Assembly: GCA_963789955.1 (NCBI GenBank)
Contig: CAWBMV010000006.1
Span: 416,001 to 480,000 of the forward strand
Direction: 5' to 3'
Source: an uncultured Candidatus Rokubacteria bacterium
Lineage (GTDB): Bacteria; Methylomirabilota; Methylomirabilia; Rokubacteriales; CSP1-6
DNA: 64,000 nt
Below are positions 54,050-64,000 of the stretch, in pieces (position 1 is the stretch's first letter; each line of letters begins with the position of its first letter). A program made the position numbers and the translations under genes. The notes beneath the pieces are model-generated. The model was not told where the DNA came from, made no database searches, and was given only the letters and a program-made list of their open reading frames with translations.

Positions 54050-54721
54050 TCAGCGGGTCGGCGTCGCGACGAAGATCCGATGCGACGCGCGGAGCTCGGT
54101 CTGGGCGAGGACCTCGAAGCCGGCCTCGCCGAGAAGCCATCGCCAGTCCTCGACCGTGTACTTGTTGTGCACGGGGAAAAGACGGAAGGCGCGTCTGACC
54201 GCGTCGGGCCCGCTCTCCTTCATGACGTCGCGTCGCCACGCCAGATAGCTCGAGAGCGGCTGGCGAATCCAGTCGTTCAGCAGAAAGATCGCGCCGGGCG
54301 CGAGAACGCGACGGATCTCGGCCAGGGTCGGCAGGGGCTCGTCGAACACGTGGAGCACCGACGACATGCTCGCCAGGTTCACGGTGGCATCGGCGAGCGG
54401 CAGCGGCTCGACCGTCACGTCGTGGACCGTGAGCGACACGCTCGCCGGCTTGAAGGCGAGCCGCCGGCCGTAGGCGATCATCGCGGGCGTGACGTCGTAG
54501 CCGTGCAGGATCGCGTCCGGGTGACGCTCGCCGAGGTCGCGCAAGAGAAGCCCCGGCCCACACCCCAGGTCGATCATCACCGCGCGCGGCGGAAGACGCC
54601 GCCCCACGTGCGTGTCGTAGAACGCCCAGAACGGCGCGTCGAAGCGCTCCGGGTGCGTCGCCACCATCCGCTGAAGCAGATCCTCGTCCGATGCGCCGCC
54701 GAGCGACTGATGAGTGGGCAC
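54050..54721 (-). CDS. Class I SAM-dependent methyltransferase
   Basis: IDLGCGPG, EIRRVLAPGA; GGAGG RBS before GTG. Confidence 0.88.
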   Translation of the reverse strand: MPTHQSLGGASDEDLLQRMVATHPERFDAPFWAFYDTHVGRRLPPRAVMIDLGCGPGLLLRDLGERHPDAILHGYDVTPAMIAYGRRLAFKPASVSLTVHDVTVEPLPLADATVNLASMSSVLHVFDEPLPTLAEIRRVLAPGAIFLLNDWIRQPLSSYLAWRRDVMKESGPDAVRRAFRLFPVHNKYTVEDWRWLLGEAGFEVLAQTELRASHRIFVATPTR

Positions 54722-54784
54722 GCCCGCCTCCCGCGAAGAGTCTAGCGCAAGCCACGGGGATCCGTGGGAGGATGGCGCCGCGCG

Positions 54785-56204
54785 ATGAGCCGGACCGATA
54801 CGGCGGTCGTGGGAGCGGCGCGACGTAAGACGAAGGCGCTCGCAGTCCCGCTGGCGGGGCTCGGCGCCGCGCTGTTCCTGCCTCCGCTGCTCCCTGGTCT
54901 TCCGCTCGCCGGCCAGCGGGCGCTGATCGTCACCCTGATCACGATCCTGCTCTGGACCGGCGAGATCCTGGCGCCGGGTGTCGCCGCGCTCCTGAGCGTC
55001 ACCCTGCTCGCGCTCAGCGGCGCCACGGCAAGCCTGCGGGACGCGCTGCAGGGCTTCGCCAACCCCGTGCCCTTCTTCCTGATCGGCGTGCTGACGATGG
55101 GCGCCGCCGTCGTGCGGAGCGGGCTCGCCGAGCGGCTGGCCCGGACCATCCTCGAGCGCGCGCGGGGGTCGGAGCCTCACGGTCTATCTCCAGCTGGTCC
55201 TCTCGTTCCCCGTCCTGACCTTCCTGCTGCCGTCGGCGACGACACGGTCCGGGATCCTGATCCACATCTATGACGAGGTCTTTACGCTCGGCCGGGTCCC
55301 GCGGGGCGCGGACGTGGCCAAGGCGGTGATGCTCGCGCTCTCGTCGATCAATCGCCTCGCGTCCACCTCGCTCTTGACCGGCGGGATCACGCCGGTGATG
55401 AGCGCCGCGATCATCGGGGGCATGTCGTGGACCGGCTGGTTCACCTTGATGGCAGTGCCGTACTACGCGATTCTGCTGCTGGGCGGCGTCCTCACGTACG
55501 CGCTCTATCGCCGCGGGTTCTCGGCGGGGCTGCCGACCCCCGAGCCCGCGCGCCGGCGTCCGATCTCGGGGCCCGAGTGGCGAACGATCGCGATCATCCT
55601 GAGCGCCTCGGCCCTCTGGCTCACGGACGGCGTGCATCATCTCGATCCGGCGATCCCGGCGCTGCTCGCGTTCGCCGCGCTGCTCACGCCGGGCCTGGGC
55701 CCGCTCGTCTGGGCGGACCTCGAGCGCGGAGTCGGCTGGGCGAACTTCTACGTCATCGCCGCGTCGATCTCGCTGGCCCACGCGCTGGTGGCGAGCGGCG
55801 CGGCGCCGTGGCTCGGTCGGCTCCTGGTCGGCGGCTTGCCGGCATTCGGCGACAGCGCGTTGGCGGTCGTCGTGCTCCTGATGCTCGGCGCGACGCTCTT
55901 GCGAGTCATCGTCCCCAACATCTCCGGCTTTCTCGCGCTGGCGTTGCCGATCGCGATGTCCGTGGGGCGCGAAGCCGGGGTCAACCCGCTCGTGTGCGCC
56001 CTGGTCGTGATGATGACCGGGGACGCGGTCGTCTACTACCCGGCGCAGAGCTCGTCGGCGCTCGTCATCTACGAGCGCGGCCACGTGTCGGCGGCCGAGA
56101 TGCTGAAGTTCGGACTGTGGATGACCGTGGTCGGCTGGGTGGCGATCCTGGTGGTCGCGCTGCCCTGGTGGGCCCTGGTCGGCGAACCCCTGCGGCCCCG
56201 CTGA
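54785..56204 (+). CDS. SLC13/DASS family anion permease (frameshift near 55165)
   Basis: LQGFANP, RSGLAERLA, LLPSATTR, LLTGGITP; many TM helices. Confidence 0.82.
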
Positions 56205-56217
56205 AGATTCGCCGCTC

Positions 56218-56291
56218 CGAGCGCGGGCTTTGCCCGCGCGAGCCGAATCCTGGGGGGAGGTTCGGAAGGGGCGGCGAAGCCCCCCTCCGAG
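56218..56291. repeat. REP-like tandem hairpins between convergent genes (possible bidirectional terminator)
   Basis: cgcgggc-ttt-gcccgcg and tcggaaggggc-ggcgaa-gccccctccga. Confidence 0.6.
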
Positions 56292-57740
56292 TCAAAGGGG
56301 GGCGGGGAGCTCCGACTTGCCCATCAGATAGAGATCGACCCCGCGCGCGGCGGATCGACCCTCGGCGATCGCCCAGACGATCAGCGACTGCCCGCGCTGC
56401 ATGTCGCCGCAGGCGAACACGCCGGGCACGCTGGTCATCCAGTTCGGGTCGCGCCAGACGTTGCCGCGCTCGGTGAGCCGGACACCGAAGTCGGTCAGCA
56501 TCCCCGGGCGCTCGGGCCCGAGAAAACCCATCGCGAGCAGGACCAGATCGGCGTCGAGCTTGAACTCGCTGCCGGCGAACCGGCTTGAACTCCAGCCGGC
56601 CGCCCTCGCGGACCATCTCGACCTTGACCGCCTCGAGCGCCTTCACGCGGCCGCGCGTCGTCGCCGATGAAGCGCTGCGTCGAGACCGCGTAGACGCGCT
56701 CGCCGCCTTCCTCGTGGGCGCCGGACACGCGGAAGATGTTCGGCCACTGCGGCCACGGATTGTCGGCCGCGCGCTGGTCGGGCGGTCGCGGCAGCAGCTC
56801 GAACTGGTGGACGGAGGCCGCGCCCTGGCGATGCACCGTGCCCAGGCAGTCGGCGCCGGTGTCGCCGCCGCCGATGATGACGACGTGCTTGCCCTGCGCG
56901 CTGATGAACCGCTCGTCGGGGACGTGGTCGCCCTCGCAGCGCCGGTTCTGCAGCGTCAGGTACTCCATGGCGAAGTGGACGCCGTCGAGCTCGCGTCCGG
57001 GAATCGAGAGATCGCGCGGCCAGCACGCGCCGCCGGCCAGCACCACCGCGTCGAAGTCGCGCCGCAGGCTCCCGACCGGCACGTTGACCCCGACGTGGGC
57101 GCCCGTCCGGAAGCGCACGCCGTCCTTCTCCATCAGCTGGAGCCGGCGGTCGACGAAGCGCTTCTCCATCTTGAACTCGGGGATGCCGTAGCGCAGGAGG
57201 CCGCCGATCCGGTCGTCGCGCTCGAACACGGTCACCAGGTGGCCGGCGCGGTTGAGCTGCTCGGCTGCGGCGAGACCGGCCGGGCCGGAGCCGACCACCG
57301 CGACCTGCTTGCCGGTGCGCGCGGCCGGCGGCTGCGACGCCGACCCAGCCCTCGTCGAACGCGCGCTCGACGATCGCGATCTCGACGCCCTTGATCGTCA
57401 CCGGATCGTCGTTGATGCCGAGCACGCAGGCGCCCTCGCACGGTGCCGGACAGAGGCGCCCCGTCCACTCCGGGAAGTTGTTCGTCGCGTGCAGGCGATC
57501 GATCGCCTCGCGCCACTGGTTGCGGTACACGAGGTCGTTCCAGTCGGGGATGATGTTGCCGAGCGGGCAGCCCTGATGGCAGAAGGGAATGCCGCAGTCC
57601 ATGCACCGCGCGGCCTGCTTCGTCAGCTCCTCGACCGGGTAGGGGAGGTAGTACTCCTTCCAGTCGCGGACGCGCTCGGCCACCGGACGCGCGGGCGGCT
57701 TCTTCCGCTTGATCTCGAGGAAGCCGGTGACCTTACCCAC
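56292..57740 (-). CDS. gltD: Glutamate synthase small subunit (frameshifted)
   Basis: [64 protein letters not shown]. Confidence 0.95.
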
Positions 57741-60700
57741 CGCTGGTCCCGACGAGCTCGGCGAAGGTCGGCGGGCGCCCCTCAGCACGCGCCTGCGCCT
57801 CGGCGAGGAGCACGCGCTTGTAGTCCCTCGGCATGATCTTCACGAACCGCGGCTGCATGTCGATCCAGTCGCGGAGGATGCCCGCCGCGTAGGTCGATCC
57901 GGTGTACTCGACGTGGCGCTGGATCAGGTCGCGCACGAGCGCGATCTCCTCGGGCTGATCGAGACGCTCGATATCGACCATGCCGAGGTTACACCGGCGC
58001 TTGAAGTCACCGTCCAGGTCGAGCACGTACGCGATGCCCCCGGACATGCCGGCCGCGAAGTTGCGGCCGGTGCGTCCCAGGACGACGACCCGACCGCCGG
58101 TCATGTACTCGCAGGCATGATCGCCGACGCCCTCGACGACCGCGTGGACCCCGCTGTTGCGCACGCAGAAGCGCTCGCCGGCAACGCCGCGCACGTAGGC
58201 CTCGCCGCTCGTCGCGCCGTAGAGCGCGACGTTGCCGATGATGATGTTGTCCTCGGGCACGAACGTGCTCGCGCGGGGCGGAAAGACCGTGAGCTTGCCG
58301 CCCGAGAGCCCCTTGCCCCAGTAGTCGTTGGCGTCGCCCTCGAGGGTGAAGGTGACACCCCGCGGGCACGAACGCGCCGAAGCTCTGGCCCGCGGATCCG
58401 GTGAAGTGGACGCGGATCGTGTCGTCCGGCAGCCCGTCGCCGCCCCACCGCTTGCGTGATGTGGTAGCCGAGCGTGGTGCCGACGGTACGGTTGACGTTG
58501 CGGATCGGCAGCCGTAGCTCGACCGGCTTCTTGTGCTCGACGGCCTCGCGGCACGCCGGGATGATCGTGGTGTTGTCGAGCGAGCTCTCGAGCGCGTGAT
58601 CCTGGGGCCGCACGCACCGGCGCGCGACGTCCGCCGGCATGTCCGGCAGGTAGAGGATCGACGACAGGTCGAGCCCGCGAGCCTTCCAGTGCTCGAGCGC
58701 CGGCTTGAAGTCGAGCCGGTCCGCGCGACCGATCATCTCGTCCATCGTCCGGAAGCCGAGGGCCGCCATGTGCTCGCGGACTTCCTGGGCGAGGAACCGG
58801 AAGAAGTTCACGACGTAGTCGGCCTGGCCGGCGAAGCGCTTGCGAAGCTCCGGATCCTGCGTGGCGATGCCGACGGGGCAGGTGTTGAGGTGGCAGACCC
58901 GCATCATGATGCAGCCGAGCACGACCAGCGGCGCGGTCGAGAAGCCGTACTCTTCGCCGCCGAGCAGCGCGGCGATGACGACGTCGCGCCCGGTCTTCAT
59001 CTGGCCGTCGACCTGGACCACGATGCGATCGCGGAGCTTGTTCAGCACCAGGACCTGTTGCGTCTCGGCGAGCCCGAGCTCCCACGGGACGCCGCCGTGC
59101 TTGATCGACGTGAGCGGCGAGGCGCCGGTGCCGCCGTCGTGGCCGGAGATCAGCACGACGTCGGAGAACGCCTTCGCCACGCCGGCCGCGACCGTGCCCA
59201 CGCCGATCTCGGCGACCAGCTTCACGTGCACGCGCGCCTCGGGGTTGGCGTTCTTCAGATCGTGGATGAGCTGCTTGATGTCCTCGATCGAGTAGATGTC
59301 GTGGTGCGGGGGCGGCGAGATGAGCTGCACGCCCGGCGTCGCGAACCGCACCTTCGCGATCCACGGATAGACCTTGCCGCCGGGAAGCTGGCCGCCCTCG
59401 CCGGGCTTGGCGCCCTGGGCCATCTTGATCTGGAGATCCGTCGCGTTGACGAGGTACTCGCTGGTGACGCCGAAGCGCCCGGACGCCACCTGCTTGACCG
59501 CGCTGCGCCGCCAGTCGCCGTTGGGATCACGCTGGTAGCGCGCCGCGTCCTCGCCGCCCTCGCCGGTGTTCGAGCGCCCGCCGATACGGTTCATCGCGAT
59601 GGCCAGGGTCTCGTGCGCCTCCTGGCTGATGGAGCCGTAGGACATCGCGCCGGTGGCGAAGCGCTTGAGGATCGACTCGACCGACTCGACCTCTTCGATC
59701 GGCACCGGCGCCGCGCCCGGCCGGAGCTCGATGAGCCCGCGCAAGGTCGCCAGGCGCTTGCTCTGGTCGTCGCAGAGACGCGTGAAGTCCTTGAACTGCG
59801 CGTAGCTCCCGCTGCGCGTGGCGTGCTGGAGCTTGGCGATCATGTCGGGATTGACCATGTGGTGCTCGCCGTCGCGCCGCCACTGGTACTCGCCGCCCCA
59901 GTCGAGCTCCGCGCCGATGGGCCGCTCCGGGAACGCGTGCTCGTGGCGCCGCCGCACCTCGTCCGCGATCACGTCGAGCCCGATGCCGGACACGCGCGAG
60001 ACGGTTCCGGTGAAGTAGCGATGCACCAGATCGCCGTTGAGGCCGATGGCCTCGAAGATCTGGGCGCCGGTGTAGCTCTGCAGCGTGGAGATCCCCATCT
60101 TGGCCATGACCTTGAGGATTCCCTTGTTCAGGGCCTTGATGTAGTTCTTGATCGCCTTCGCGCGATCGACGCCGGGCAGCAGCCCCTCGTTGATCATGTC
60201 GTCGATCGTCTCGAAGGCGACCCACGGATTGACCGCGCCGGCGCCGTAGCCGATCAGGAGGCAGAGGTGATGCACCTCGCGCGCGTCGCCGGTCTCGATC
60301 ACGAGCCCGCAGCGGGTGCGCTCCCCGCGCCGGACCAGGTGGTGGTGCATCGACGCCGTGGCCAGGAGGCTCGGGATGGCCGCCGTCTTACGGCTGATGC
60401 CGCGGTCCGAGAGGATGATGACGTTGTAGCCTTCGGCGATCGCCTCGCTCGCGCGCCGCTGGAGCAGCTCGAGGGTCCGCTCGAGGCCCGCCGCGCCGTC
60501 GGCCACCGCGTAGAGCATGGGCAGGGTGAGCGCCTTGAAGCCGCGCTCGGAGACGTGGGCGAGCTTGGCCAGCTCCTCGTTCGTGATGACCGGGTCCTTC
60601 AGCACGATCTGGCGGCAGGACTCGGGCTCCGGCCACGAGGAGGTTGCGCTCCGGACCGACCGTCGACTCCATCGACGTCACCAGCTCCTCGCGGATCTGG

Positions 60701-62332
60701 TCGAGCGGCGGATTGGTCACCTGGGCGAAGAGCTGCTTGAAGTAGTCGTAGAGCGGCCGCGGCCGGTTCGAGAGCACCGCCAGCGACGTGTCGGTGCCCA
60801 TCGAGCCGATGGGCTCCTCGCCGTTCTTGGCCATCGGCCCGAGGAGGATCCGGAGATCCTCGTGCGTGTAGCCGAATGCGATCTGCCGGGTCAGCACGGT
60901 CGCGTGGTCCGGGGCCGGCACGGGATGCGCCTTGAGCTCCTCGAGATGCACGAGATTGTCCCGGAGCCAGTCGGCGTACGGATGCTCGGCGGCCAGCTGG
61001 GCCTTGATCTCCTCGTCGTCGACGATCCGCCCCTGGGCGGTGTCGACCAGGAAGATCCGCCCGGGATGCAGCCGCTCCTTCATGAGGATCGTTCTCGGCC
61101 GGAATGTCCAGCACGCCGACCTCGGAGGCCATGACGACCATGTCGTCCGTGGTGACGTAGTACCGCGACGGACGCAGTCCGTTCCGGTCGAGCACGGCGC
61201 CGATGACGGTGCCGTCGGTGAACGCGATCGACGCCGGGCCGTCCCAGGGCTCCATCAGCGACGAGTGGTACTCGTAGAACGCCCGGCGCTCCGGGCTCAT
61301 CGACTCGTGGTTCTGCCACGGCTCGGGGATCATCATGAGGATCGCGTGCGGCAGGGACCGCCCGTTCATCACGAGGAACTCGAGCACGTTGTCGAACGTC
61401 GCGGAGTCCGACAGGCCGTCGCGCGTCACCGGCAGGACCTTCTTCAGGTCGTCGCCCAGCAGCCGCCGACCGGCACAGCGCCTCGCGCGCCTTCATCCAG
61501 TTGATGTTGCCGCGCAGCGTGTTGATCTCGCCGTTGTGGGCGATGTAGCGGTACGGGTGCGCGAGCGGCCAGGACGGGAACGTGTTGGTGCTGAACCGCT
61601 GGTGCACGAGGGCCAGCGCCGATTCGAAGTCGGGATCGGTCAGATCGGGGAACATCGTCTCGATCTGGTCCGCGCGAGAGCATGCCCTTGTAGATGAGCG
61701 TGTTCGAGCTCAGGCTCGGCATGTACGCGTACTTGCTTTCCGGAATGTCGAGCGCCGCCACGGCCTTCTCGATGCGCTTGCGGATCACGTAGAGCTTGCG
61801 CTCGAAGTGGGCGTGGTCGCGCACCGCCGGCCCGCGCCCGATGAACACCTGCATGATGTGCGGCTCGACGGACAGGGCGCTGGCCCCGATCAGGTGGTCG
61901 TCGGTCGGGACCTCGCGCCAGCCGAGGAGGCGCTGGCCCTCCTCGTCGACGATGGAGTGCAGAAGGGCGCGCACGATGTCGCGTTGCTCCGCGTCGCGCG
62001 GCAGGAACACGAATCCGCAGCCGTAGTCCTTGGCGCGGCGGCAGGGGAATGCCCAGGCGCCCGCACTCGCGGCGGAGGAACTTGTCCGGAATCTGGATGA
62101 GGATGCCGGCGCCGTCCCCGGTGTTCGCCTCGCAGCCGCACGCGCCTCGATGGAGCAGGTTGATGAGGACCGCGAGCGCTCGGCGCACGATCGTGTGGGA
62201 GCGCCGCCCTTTGATGTCCACGACGAATCCGACGCCGCACGCGTCGTGCTCGTGGCTGGGGTCGTAGAGCCCCTGAGCAGGAGGCGGTCCGCGGCACGCG
62301 CTCGGTCGACGCTGAGCTTCAGCCATCTGCAT
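57733..62332 (-). CDS. gltB: Glutamate synthase large subunit (multiple frameshifts)
   Basis: [63 protein letters not shown]. Confidence 0.96.
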
Positions 62333-62398
62333 CCCCTTTTGTGAAAACAGTTGCACGATACTACAGACGAACCACACTATTAGTCACCCCCAAAAAGC

Positions 62399-62429
62399 TG
62401 GATAGTAAGTATCAGAAACTGCTTATAAT
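62399..62429. promoter_or_regulatory. Divergent gltB/LysR control region: dyads (gata-N5-tatc; tatcag-N6-cttata) and a TATAAT -10
   Basis: AT-rich; TATAAT at 62424-62429 lies 7 nt before the LysR GTG. Confidence 0.55.
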
Positions 62430-62436
62430 CTGCGCC

Positions 62437-63353
62437 GTGCATCTCGAGACCCTCCGCCTCTACTGCGACGTCGTTCGGCTCCGGAGCGTTCTCGCGCGGC
62501 GCGACGCAGAACTTCGTCTCCCAGTCGGCGGCCAGCCAGGCGATCCAGCAGCTCGAGGCCGAGCTGGGGGTCGCGCTCCTCGACCGGACCAAGCGGCCGT
62601 TCGTCGTGACGCCCGAGGGCCAGGCCTTCTACGGCGCCTGCCGGGATCTGCTCGAAGCGTGGGACAAGGCCAAGGCCGGAGGTCGCGCGCGGTGAAGGCG
62701 CGGGTCGACGGAACGGTGCGGGTGGCGGCGATCTACTCGGTCGGCCTCCACGACGTGAGCCGCCACATGCAGCGCTTCATGTCGCTCTATCCGGAAGCGC
62801 GCGTTCAGCTCGAGTGCCTGCACCCGCACAAGGTCGTCGAGGCGGTGCATCCAGGGCGAGGCCGACGTCGGGATCATGTCGTATCCGCCGGCCGAGCGCG
62901 CGCTCTCGATCGTGCCGCTCCGGTCCGAGCCGATGGCGTTCGTGTGCCATCCGAACCACCGGCTGGCGCGGCGCCGCGTGGTCACGCCCGCGGACCTCAA
63001 CGGCGAGACGTTCGTCGCCTTCGACGCCGGGTTGACGATCCGCAAGGCGATCGACCGCGCGCTCCGCCAGCACAACGTGCGGGTCAACATCGTGATGGAG
63101 TTCGACAACATCGAGACGATCAAGCAGGCGATCATCATCGCGGCGGGCGTGTCGCATTCTCCCGCGTCACACCGTGCAGAAGGAGGCGTCGATCCGCACG
63201 CTCGCCGTCGTCCCGATGGCGATCGCCGATCTCGTGCGGCCGGTCGGCCTGATCCATCGGCGCCAGAAGCCGCTGACGCCGACGGTCAGCCGGTTCATCC
63301 AGCTCCTGAAGGACGCCAGCGAAGAGCCGGCGCGCGCGACGTCGCACTCCTGA
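62437..63353 (+). CDS. LysR family regulator divergent from gltBD (frameshifted)
   Basis: MHLETLRLYCDVV, VSQSAASQAIQQLE..LG..LLDR, MEFDNIETIKQA. Confidence 0.9.
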
Positions 63354-63420
63354 GGCGGTCGGGGTCCTCGCCATTGCCGCGCTCGGACTGAGGAGTTAGG
63401 ATCGGATGCGGGGGGCAGTC

Positions 63421-63968
63421 ATGAGTGGTGAGTTCGAGGACGAGTACTCCGCGACGATCGACGAATCTCTGACGAAGACCGACGACCTGCGCGAGAGCAG
63501 CGATGCGCTCCTGAACGACACCATCGCCGTCCTGGCCCCGGCCGAGCCGCTGTGCCTCGGCGAGAGCGGCCACCGTCCACGACGCCGTTCGGACCATGCT
63601 GGCTCACCGGCAGGCCGGGGTGCTGATCACGGACGGTCAAGGGCCGGCTCGCCGGAATCTTCACCGAGCGCGACGTGCTGACGCGCGTGGTCGGCCGCGA
63701 TCTCGATGCCCGGCGAACGACGCTCGGCGAGGTGATGACGCGCAAGCCGCAGGCGCTGACCGCGAGCGACCGGGTGGCCTTCGCCATCCACTGCATGAGC
63801 GTCGCCGGCTACCGGACGATCCCGCTGGTCGACGCCGAGGGCCGGCCCATCGGCGTGGTGACCGTCAGCGACGTGGTCCGCTGGCTCGCCGGCCTGTTCC
63901 CCGAGGCGGTGCTGAACTTGAGGCCAGGTGACGCGCTCAAGCGCCCCCACGAGGTCGACGCGGGCTGA
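63421..63968 (+). CDS. CBS domain protein (frameshifted)
   Basis: LAGIFTERDVLTRV, EVMTRKP, GYRTIPLVD..GRPIGVVTVSD. Confidence 0.85.
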
Positions 63969-64000
63969 TGGAGCGCCCGGAAGCATCGCTGGTCGGACCG

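Overview
High-GC (roughly 70% by eye) bacterial chromosome segment that is almost entirely core genome. Gene order and intergenic repeats suggest Ca. Rokubacteria/Methylomirabilota (inference only). Many genes are broken by single-base indels, most densely in the last ~8 kb; this looks like long-read error rather than real pseudogenisation. Content in order: tctA (partial), a TerC/YjbE gene and a GntR regulator; a sigma70 promoter with a Leu/Ile/Val-rich leader peptide and alternative hairpins (transcription attenuator) in front of ppdK-ilvBNC-psd-pssA-leuB-asd-orf-truA; ccsA/hemX-hemACDB-[Rrf2-cysK-ubiquitin-like/JAB fusion]-hemL; alternative complex III actABCDEF; moeA; cpoB; dprA-topA-xerC-hslVU-argBDFG-comB-pgsA-plsY-gpsA-galT; tRNA-Gly/Cys/[orf]/Leu(UAA) followed directly by a double-motif LAGLIDADG-like ORF; lgt-rtcB-radical SAM-moaA-Cld/ChdC-CMD; a methyltransferase; an SLC13 permease; gltDB with a divergent LysR gene; a CBS protein. 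The most notable signals are (1) the tRNA-Leu(UAA)-abutting LAGLIDADG-like gene, (2) a branched-chain amino acid attenuator whose first gene is PPDK, (3) a three-copy ~73-bp repeat at overlapping stop/start junctions that is translated as the same peptide, and (4) an in-frame CysO-like ubiquitin fold-JAMM protease fusion.
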